From Tubulanus polymorphus (lineage: Eukaryota; Animalia; Nemertea): DNA of 64,000 nucleotides. The DNA is taken from assembly GCF_964204645.1 (NCBI RefSeq), contig NC_134031.1:2852001-2916000 (forward strand), read 5' to 3'. Numbering within the stretch: the first letter of the stretch is position 1; each line of letters begins with the position of its first letter. A program made the translations under genes and the position numbers. Positions 25,774 to 37,600 of the stretch are shown in pieces. Below the pieces are notes generated by a model. The model was not told where the DNA came from and made no database searches. It was given only the letters and a program-made list of their open reading frames with translations.

Positions 25774-28043
25774 AGCAAGGAGCATCTGACAATAATCTTA
25801 AATCAGTACTATGTAATTTTCATGTCCTGCAGTGTATTCGTCGCTTCATGAATGAAAATCAAGAACTTCGCTTATTTTGCAAGCCTCTAGAAACTGGTTT
25901 CAAATGCATTATGAGATCATGGGATGCTTCCTCTAGAACTGATATAGCCAATTCATTTATTAGTTTTATTGAGAATGATATTTCTTTGGACCTTATGTCG
26001 CAAGATACAAAAACATTATTTATTGATTACCTAAAGAAGAATTGGTTTAATTCCCAAATTTGGTCTGATGCATTCAATGCTGAATCAATTTATCAGTCAG
26101 ACCAATCTAACAGAAATAACCCTTTGCTATTAACTGATAATATTACTGAGCGCAAATTCAAACAAATAGATGATGTCTACTTAAGTGGACACCTAAATAA
26201 ACTGATATCATCTTTTGTACGATTACTGTTTGAAAATGTTTTTAATGATGAGATCAAAGCGACAAATATGAACAATCTCCAATTTAAGCAACTTGACCAA
26301 CGAGTTAAGAATATACGTCACCTTGAAAAGATAGAAAAGTGTTGCAAAAGAGCCTTTGATTTATTACAGAATAATGAGATTTTAAAATATGATGAAGAAA
26401 CTAATTGGTTTGTTGTGAAGAGTTCTTCACGAAAGAACTTAAATAGGTTAGAAGATAATGATAATTTTTTCAATGGTGATACTCAATATACATTCAATCA
26501 GCTTGATGTTTTAGAAGAAAGATTCCCCGATAAAGTATCAATATCCGAGGAACATTCATATGACATTTCAAAAAAATGCCGAAGGTACATAGGAAATTTA
26601 GATTCAATATCCAGTCGTATCTTATTCAATTACGTTATTACAATCGTTCCTGAAAATTGTCTTTCATACGTAGATGGTAATTGCCATTTAATCAATTTGA
26701 AACTAGGTATATGTACTTGTGAAGCTTTTATAATGATTGGACAACCATATTTTTGCAAACATCTTTTTGCCTGTTTTGCCCAAAAAAACAATATAACCAC
26801 AACGAAGGCTTTAATTGATGCATATAAATTCCACATTGTGGAGCCTCTGCCAACTTACAATTTTACTCGACAAAATAGTTCTGTTTCATCTACCCTCATT
26901 GATAAGTTAAAAGATCATTCCCACATTGCTAGCTCGAATGATATCAATGCTGCTCGGAAAGGGCACATTCTAAGTATTTTACATAATGAAAGCCACTGTG
27001 GAATTAAGTTAATAAGCGGACGACCTGCCAAACGACAACCTCACAATATGGCTCATAGGCGTGCTGAGGGTCCAATCAAGGACAATCAGGTTGCCATAAA
27101 CCTTCCTGAACTTGAAGTGATAGACCCTTACTGCCCTAAGGTTACAATGCCTAAAGATGCTGAGAATGCAAGACACGGAGGGCGAAAGATAATTAGACCT
27201 GCTAACAGAGGTGTATCCTTTTCTGCTATGGTTGAAAATGCTGCTATCAAACTAGGTAAACAAGCTAAAATATCAGAAATTGAAACCATAGACTCCACTG
27301 ATCCAGATCCTGGCAATGATATCGAATTTTCAGCAGATATTTTAAGTCAGAATAAATCATCCTTACCGAAAAAATCAAAAGATACCAAACCAAAAGATAT
27401 TAAGTCAATACCAGTTGTTAAAAATGACTCGAAGTCTGTTTTATTTGAAAAAAGTATTGTCTGTTCCTTTTGTATTAAAGACAAAATAAATCCTCCATAT
27501 CTTTGTTCATGTCGCAGGGAACTAGATAGGCACATATCCACTTCTCATTCATCTTTGAAACCTATCTCATGTGCTATTTGTTGGGCAGATGGGGTTATTA
27601 ATTCATATGCAAGTGAAACATTCCTTCAAAAGCACATTCGTATTGAACATAATCATCATAAGAAAAAATCTATTGTAATCGATTATAATAATAGAGATGA
27701 TTATCTCAACAGTTCTCCTATTACAGAAATCAATAATTCCAAATCTGAAAAAGAATTAGAAATTCTTATAGATCAACCTGGAAATGCAGGCCTCCAAAAC
27801 CTAGCAAAATTGAAACTAGATAATCTTTTGCCATCAAAAGTTGAAAAAACCCCTTCTCAGTTAGTTGCTGAAACCTGCCCTGTCTGCCACAAAAACTGCA
27901 ATGCTAATCCTAAGAAAAAGTCCACATTCTCAATTGAATGTGATAATTGCCATAGATGGTATCATTGGAAATGTGCTCCAATCAATGAGGCTCCTCCTGA
28001 ACATATCAGGTGGTTTTGTTTTCATTGTGACCCGATTTCCTAA
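25626..28043 (+). CDS. MULE transposase C-terminal part: DDE core (2nd D, CxxH, E), SWIM, 2x C2H2, PHD; N-terminus missing/out of frame with the upstream ORF
   Basis: The frame of ORF 25848-28043 is open back to 25626 and adds VQHDKDASLKQGA...SVLCNFHVLQ. Further motifs: YLKKNWF, LTDNITERKFKQI (E), SWIM CTCEAF...FCKHLFAC, and C-terminal PHD CPVC...ECDNCHRWYHWKC...WFCFHC. Confidence 0.85.
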   Translation, partial: SNTPCKDEKCNHPSEFYIFNDGNGFFRIKPCSSTSRFCPFVQHDKDASLKQGASDNNLKSVLCNFHVLQCIRRFMNENQELRLFCKPLETGFKCIMRSWDASSRTDIANSFISFIENDISLDLMSQDTKTLFIDYLKKNWFNSQIWSDAFNAESIYQSDQSNRNNPLLLTDNITERKFKQIDDVYLSGHLNKLISSFVRLLFENVFNDEIKATNMNNLQFKQLDQRVKNIRHLEKIEKCCKRAFDLLQNNEILKYDEETNWFVVKSSSRKNLNRLEDNDNFFNGDTQYTFNQLDVLEERFPDKVSISEEHSYDISKKCRRYIGNLDSISSRILFNYVITIVPENCLSYVDGNCHLINLKLGICTCEAFIMIGQPYFCKHLFACFAQKNNITTTKALIDAYKFHIVEPLPTYNFTRQNSSVSSTLIDKLKDHSHIASSNDINAARKGHILSILHNESHCGIKLISGRPAKRQPHNMAHRRAEGPIKDNQVAINLPELEVIDPYCPKVTMPKDAENARHGGRKIIRPANRGVSFSAMVENAAIKLGKQAKISEIETIDSTDPDPGNDIEFSADILSQNKSSLPKKSKDTKPKDIKSIPVVKNDSKSVLFEKSIVCSFCIKDKINPPYLCSCRRELDRHISTSHSSLKPISCAICWADGVINSYASETFLQKHIRIEHNHHKKKSIVIDYNNRDDYLNSSPITEINNSKSEKELEILIDQPGNAGLQNLAKLKLDNLLPSKVEKTPSQLVAETCPVCHKNCNANPKKKSTFSIECDNCHRWYHWKCAPINEAPPEHIRWFCFHCDPIS

Positions 28044-28819
28044 ATAGTTTGTATTGAATATTATTGATCGGGTTTCGAATGAATCCCTGACGTTAGAAAT
28101 ATTTTCATTTCCCATGGTGAACGTAGAAGCCTATAATGACCGTCACTTAGTCACCTATATATTTACTCGATTATATATAAGGTTAAGAAGCGATGTATAT
28201 GCACTGGTGTTTATAGTGCTCTATTTCAGGTTTTTTCTTTCAGGAAAATATATTTTGTGAATAGATTACCGCTTGATTTTTTATGTTACAGGTTACTGCA
28301 AAATCATCAGTTATTGTGATGCGTGCCGATGTCTCTGGATGATTCTGACCATGTCTAGAACTTCAACATCCTTGACTTATCATCAATTGGCAGCAGTATA
28401 CATACATGCATGTTCAGAGAGTGTATGAAGAGAGTGTATGGACACATCAACCTCGGTTCAAGGCTGTCCCTGATTAAATTGTATAATCCATATATAATAT
28501 ATATAGATTGGTCCCATTTTAACTTACTCAACTGCTTGAATGTCTTGTTTGTTATTCGTAAATTTTCACTTATTCATTGATTGTTTCTGTAGAATTTTAT
28601 ATGTGATATATAAACGTGGAAACCAGGGCCCATTGCACTATGAAAGACACTTGACATTTTTTTGGGACAGATCTTTCTATATGTTTATGTCCTCGAGGCA
28701 TCTGAACTTAAGAAAATTCCCTTTGAAAACTGGAAATGACATAATGAAATAAGTTGTGGAATGTTTAAATTCGACAAAATGAATGTATTTTGCATTCCTA
28801 AGGCCCTATATATTTACTG

Positions 28820-29880
28820 CAGTTAGTCCTGTATGTCTTTTTTATCGCAATTTACTGTGGTTTATTCCTGTTTGTCCTGTATGTCTTTGTGATCGCGATC
28901 GCAATTCATTGGTTGCATTGTTTACTGTTAATTCTGTATGTCTATCGCAATTAAGTTAGTCCTGTATGTCCTGTATGTCTTAGTTAATCGCAATTCATTG
29001 GTTGAATTGTCTACTGTTGGTCCTGTATGTCCTGTATGTCTTAGTTAATCGCAATTCATTGATTGAATTGTCTACTGTTAGTCCTGTATGTCTATCGCAA
29101 TTAAGTTAGTCCTGTATGTCCTGTATGTCTTAGTTAATCGCAATTCATTGGTTGAATTGTCTACTGTTAGTCCTGTATGTCTATCGCAATTAAGTTAGTC
29201 CTGTATGTCCTGTATGTCTTAGTTAATCGCAATTCATTGGTTGAATTGTCTACTGTTAGTCCTGTATATTCTGTATGTCTATCGCAATTAAGTTAGTCCT
29301 GTATGTCCTGTGGTTTAGTCCTGTATGTCTTAGTTAATCGCAATTCATCGGTTGAATTGTCTACTGTTAGTCCTGTATGTCCTGTGGTTTTATCCTGTAT
29401 GTCTTTGTGATCGCGATCGCAATTCATTGGTTGCACTGTTTACTGTTAGTCCTGTATGTCTATCGCAATTAAGTTAGTCCTGTATGTCCTGTATGTCTTA
29501 GTTAATCGCAATTCATTGGTTGTTGAATTGTCTACTGTTAGTCCTGTATGTCCTGTGGTTTAGTCCTGTATGTCTTAGTTAATCGCAATTCGTTGGTTGA
29601 ATTGTCTACTGTTAATCCTGTATGTCCTGTATGTCTATCGCAATTAAGTTAGTCCTGTTTGTCCTGTATGTCTTAGCTACGAGCAATTATCAAACTTGAT
29701 AATTGCCTTGTAGGTCTTAGTTAATCGCAATTCATTGGTTGCATTGTTTACTGTTAAAGCTGTATGTTCTGTATCTCTATCGCAATTTCATTGGTTGCAT
29801 TGTTTACTGTTAAAGCTGTATGTTCTGTATCTCTATCGCAATTTCATTGGTTGAATTGTTAACAGTCCTCTGTATGTACA
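28820..29880. repeat. Complex satellite inside the MULE (modules GTCCTGTAT, ATCGCAATT, CATTGGTTGAATTGTCTACTGTTA)
   Basis: Direct reading; variable-length higher-order units. Confidence 0.9.
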
Positions 29881-30010
29881 TGTAAAAATAAATAAGGTTC
29901 TGACAACAGGTTTGTAAAGTAATCAGCTATCTGTTTTGTCTATCGTTGCTTAAATTGTTAACTGTTGTTTTAGAGTTCTGTATGTCTTTGTCGATCATTT
30001 TGTCTGCACT

Positions 30011-30254
30011 CAGGGGCGGATCCAGCATTTTGAAGGGGGGGGGGGGGCAAATGAAAGCAACAACAGATGGCTGTAAGCCATTCCAGAGCAAGCACCGATA
30101 ACGCGAAGACCCTCCCTAAAAGATTTTTGGAAAAATAGATGCAAGCAGGTGCATTCTGAGCATTACTTAATAGAAAGATTTCATTCGGTTTTTACTCAGT
30201 AACGCATAGATTTGCGGCTACATCGGTAAAAATAGAGGGGTGGATCCGCCACTG
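30011..30254. mobile_element. Small non-autonomous TIR element (CAGGGGCGGATCCA...TGGATCCGCCACTG) nested in the MULE; related copies at ~15130-15378 and ~22184-22444
   Basis: 13/14-bp terminal inverted repeat; similar CAGGGGC(A/G)GAT starts occur elsewhere in the window. Confidence 0.6.
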
Positions 30255-30913
30255 AATAGCTATTGTTTTGTGTAGGATTGTATCTGTGAATTAAGTAAAG
30301 TTACTTACTCCAGTCTGATGTTATGACTTATTGCTCGTATTTTATTGTTTTAAGTGTGCGAATACTTTTCTTAGATTTATGGAGATCAGGATGACGAGGG
30401 TTCGATTTGAACCAACAAATAAACAAAAACATTCAAACCTCAAATTAATCCGTTTACTTGTCTTTATTTTTGGGGAACATTTTTTTACCTAGTTCAGATT
30501 TGATAACACAGTAGTCGCTTGTTCCAAAGCGATGTGCCGTTGAAGACAGACCTGAAGGTCTTTGCCGATAGCGATGCTATCCAGGATTTCAAAGGATGTG
30601 AAGAAGGTGCATCTTCGACAACCATAGTTTGCAGTTTTAACAATTTAAAACAATAATAGTTTCATTAAACAACTTAAAATTTAAAGATTTAGTGGACTTA
30701 CTGTTTAACCAGGGCAGGGATTTCTCGCAACCGTACATGATATATACATACACTAGCAGTAAATACAATGTACTTCTAACCCTTATAAAACTTAAACTAT
30801 TATTAGTTATTTTACAATTATTGAACGGCAACGTTGAAATGCGATGTGCGCTCAGAGCGGCCGTAGTGATTTTGGCGTATTGTGGGATTCGAACCGCTCG
30901 GAATTTGTACTAG

Positions 30914-30957
30914 TGACGTCACTCGCCATCGACCAAAACAGGCTTTCAACCTTTTGC
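30914..30957 (-). repeat. Right TIR of the MULE
   Basis: Reverse complement of 21223-21266 with one mismatch. Confidence 0.95.
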
Positions 30958-31889
30958 GCTGTCATTGGCAGCTGCAATAACTTCCGCGTTTATCCTGCTA
31001 ATTACCAAAATAACCTCACTTGCCAGTGGAAGTGTAAACTAACTATTATCGGTAAAATCACATCCTCGTTTGCCCGTTTGCCAGGGGTCCGGTATCACTC
31101 CCGAACTAGCTTTAGCGTAGTGGGTTCGAATCCCTTGACGGGTGAAGATGGTAAAATCATAGCGGACCTTAAGATTTATAGTGAAATATACGAAAAGCCG
31201 TGAAAATAATTTTAAATAAGAAGGTTTATAGATAAGACATTATAATATAATCTGTGTCGTGTCCCAGTACTTATGACTATTTCATTTCAACCGTGCAGTT
31301 TCAGTGGCCTAGGCTACTCGAAGGGACCAGCACAGATTTTTGATCCATGGAATTGAAGGAGAGCCAAAAAACCTTCTTTGAATGAGGTTGAATTAGAGAA
31401 AAACCAAGTTAAACAGTAATAATTGTGAAATCATTTGACCTATATGATGTCATTTTTCAGAACAGAAAACCTTGTCTTTCCATTTTCACTATAAAAACAT
31501 TTGCATCGTGAATTAATGAATGAAAGATTATTTAGATGTATTTTTTCATTTATTGGCACATATATTACATTGATCTCTTCTTTAAATCATAAAAATCATT
31601 TATTACTAGGCCTCCAATTCTAGGAAGCTATTATTACATGATATTATAACATATAATAGTTCAAGACTTATAAATAAATCATTCTTTGCATTTATAGTAA
31701 ACATAACATCAGTTTGGAATTCACAATTCCGAGGGCCATCCTTAGCTATCAGACTAAATCTCTTGATAATTGATATCAATTAGACATCAGCAGCTGATAA
31801 ACCCTCAATTTTGGATGCATTCAAAATCAACCGCAATCATCACAGTTTCTTAATTTCTATTATCCGTCTTCGGTAAGTAAACCGCTTTC

Positions 31890-34638
<2,749 letters not shown>

Positions 34639-37600
34639 ATGTCAGATTATGACGGATCAAGTCAATCCCCGATGGAGCATGGAGAATTAGACCCCAGTCC
34701 GCGTCGTTTTATCAATGATGTTGAAGAAGACCCGATCACAATAGACGACAGCAGCCCAGAAAAGTAAGTTCACTTTTGCATCCCTTCTTTCCTCTTGCTT
34801 TGATCATGATCTCATCGCTTCTCATTCATTCAATCCAGTACATAATCACTCTGGAAAGTAGGCTACTTCTTTCTGAGTCCAAAAGACCCGCCTTTTGGGT
34901 CTAAAATTTGCCGAAAAGTCCTTAGTACTTCTTTTAACCCTGCTGGGCTGGCGCTTACACCATTGCAAAAATTCCAATAAGATTTAAAATCTATAATTTT
35001 TGGATAATAAACATTTATCTATAGATGAAACGAGCGTTTTTATTTGATAACTATTATTTTATGTTTTTTTTTCCAGAATCGAAGACGCTTTGAATATTCA
35101 GCCGCCTCCGGCCGGTCACACGAGTCGCAAAGATAAAAAACATAAACGCCATCGAGACAACGAGCGCCACCGCGCGGGAGTAATAATGGAGGCGGGCGGG
35201 CGTTACCACGACGACCACCGAGGCGAAAACCACCGCGGCGCGAATAAACGAGACGCTCGCGAGGTGATACGCGAGAGGGAACGCGAACGCAGAATGAGAG
35301 ACGAGGATCGCGAGGCGAAGAGAAGAGAACAGTCTCGTATGGAGAGGTATGAAAATCACTCGAGTCTGTCGGTCTGTTTTACAGCGTGGCCATTGACCTG
35401 GAAAATTCAGGGAATCAGAAAAGTCGGGCAGAAATCAGGGAAAACTTTAAGATTTTGACTGATAGATTTCACCCAAAACCTGGAAAACTCTGGATACTGC
35501 TATCGACCACGCGTTTCTTTTACAAGTTTCAATGAAAAATGAATGAATTGTAACATTTTAAACCTAGAAATTTCTTATGATTCACTTCATTTTGTGTAAT
35601 CACATGGAAAAATCAAGAGCCAGTTCAACGGTTGTGAGTTAGGGTTAACTCTTGAGTTAAAATCCGTTCATTTTCAATTAGTTAACTTTGAGTCAAATCT
35701 TAACACAGAACTGTGGAATAGGGTCCAGGGGATTTATAATTGGGTGGAAAGTTGTCACCCTGCCGACGCCCCCGGCCATGACCTGACCAATGGTTTCCCC
35801 GTTATCATTTCTGGGATGAATGTGCTGAGTAAACTGTGACGATTCTCAAATACAGTCAACCCCCGCTGTACAACCCTCCCATATACCGTCATCCCTGCCC
35901 GGTTTTCTGAATGTACACCTAAATACAAATACATAGTAAAACACCACCGATAAACCGCCATACTCTCTGCACGGATGTGGGTGATATATCAGGGGTTGAC
36001 TATTTCAGTAATTTCAATCTATTGGTAACAGAGTATACTGAGTTTTGGTAGTGTTTTTAGGGAGAGACTCGAACGTCTGGAAAGAGAAACTCATAAAGAA
36101 CGATATTCACAACAACACGACGATCAATCGACGAGACATAAACAAAAACAGGACGAACGCAAACGACGCGTCGAAAATTGGAGAGCAAGTACGTGATACC
36201 CCCCTGTCAATCTCGGAAAGTCTAGTCAGAGAATTTGAATTTATTCACATTTTTTCCTATTGTAATGTGTGTAGCACAAGGGATCTCTTGATAAGAGAAG
36301 TTGATATCTAATGATATAATCGGGAAATTTCGAATTCTTTGAAATCTATTAGAACCCTTAGTTACCTGCGTGGTATCGTCTTAACCTCTTCGCTACCATG
36401 CGCGATGTATATTTACTTCGCAAATATATTCATTTACTACAATTGCTGGTGTGGTGAGTCACTACGCCGCTAGTGTATAGACGTACTAAATGATCATCTG
36501 TTTCAATTTAATTACACTATTTACTCATAGATGGCGAATCAGTGCCTCAAATACTGAAAATATATATGAATATGGGAAAATGCTCTGGTGCGGGGCGTTA
36601 CATTACATATGGTAGCGAAGAGATTAACAGTAACAGATTTAATGCGCTGATAATTTATTTGTGTTTTTAAGCAGCTCATGAACCGGCTCCGAAAAGAGAA
36701 CGGTTCGACGTCGACGGTGGCGAAAGTTCGCAGCGACGCAGAAGCGCGAGTCCTCGTCACCAGGCGGCGCCGCACAGCAATGGTCGCGATCGTAAACGAA
36801 GGCACAGGAGGTCGCCAGCCGGTCCGAAGACTCCGCCTTCTCCTAAAAGTATGAACGATTCTGCGATGATATTCGTTTATGATGGTTGCATATTTTTCGG
36901 TTTAGTGTGATTTCCGTTGATTTTGATGTAGGTGAAGTAAAATTGCCGCAAACGCCCCCTGGTGAGCCTATTGAACATCACTCCGATGATGAACACGAGG
37001 AGGAAGAGAAGGAGAACGTATACGTGGATGATCGTCATAGCGACTCGGCCTCGGAGGCGGATGACGCTAGCGAGGCGAGTGAGGAAGGCTCCGGTACGAG
37101 TAGTGAGGATAGTGATAGCGATTCCGAGTCGGAGTCCGGAAGCAGCAGCGCCGGTTCGGCTGAAGGGAACACTGATCAGAAACAAGGTAATTATGCCATC
37201 TTGTCTCGGCACGGATTGCAATTTAAACATGATGGCATCATGAGACTGTCACTCACTGGATTAACCCCTATCCTAGTAAACCCCAGCCCTAGTAGACCAT
37301 TCATACTCAACACGGATAGCACTCTGTCATGATACAAATCCCCGCCCTAGTAGACACATCTCTCTCAGTAGCGATTTTGTAACCTGATGGCGCCAAGAGA
37401 CTCTGTCATGGTACAAACCCCTGCGCTAGTAGACAGTGACTAAAATCATGGGACTCCTAAACCCCTGCCCTGATAAACGATCAAGCGCACATTTGCTCTT
37501 GCAGCTTTTCCATATTGCAAAATGTGTAGATCCAACCAGATTTCAGGTTATATAGGCCCACTTACTCTGCTGTAGAAAAGTCGTGCAATTTCTGTCTGTC

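Larger units (their letters stand above)
21223..30957 (+). mobile_element. Mutator-like (MULE) DNA transposon, 9,735 bp, probably internally deleted/non-autonomous
   Basis: TIRs 21223-21266 and 30914-30957 (43/44 identical, GCAAAAGGTTGAAAGCCTGTTTTGGTCGATGGC[T/G]AGTGACGTCA). Identical 9-bp flanks GCTGTCATT at 21214-21222 and 30958-30966. Internal MULE-type DDE/CxxH and SWIM coding sequence. Confidence 0.93.

Noticed and set aside
28820-29880. Possible CRISPR-like array within the transposon
   Set aside because: Inter-repeat segments are themselves repeated modules rather than unique spacers.
31110-31150. tRNA gene suggested by the GGTTCGAATCCC B-box (also 40518-40530 and 34341-34352 on the minus strand)
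   Set aside because: No cloverleaf or acceptor stem can be built; the 31.1 and 40.5 kb hits belong to the same dispersed repeat.
21064-31203. ORFs 21064-21303 (-) and 30844-31203 (+) share the peptide TSLAIDQNRLSTFC
   Set aside because: The shared peptide is only the translation of the two TIRs.
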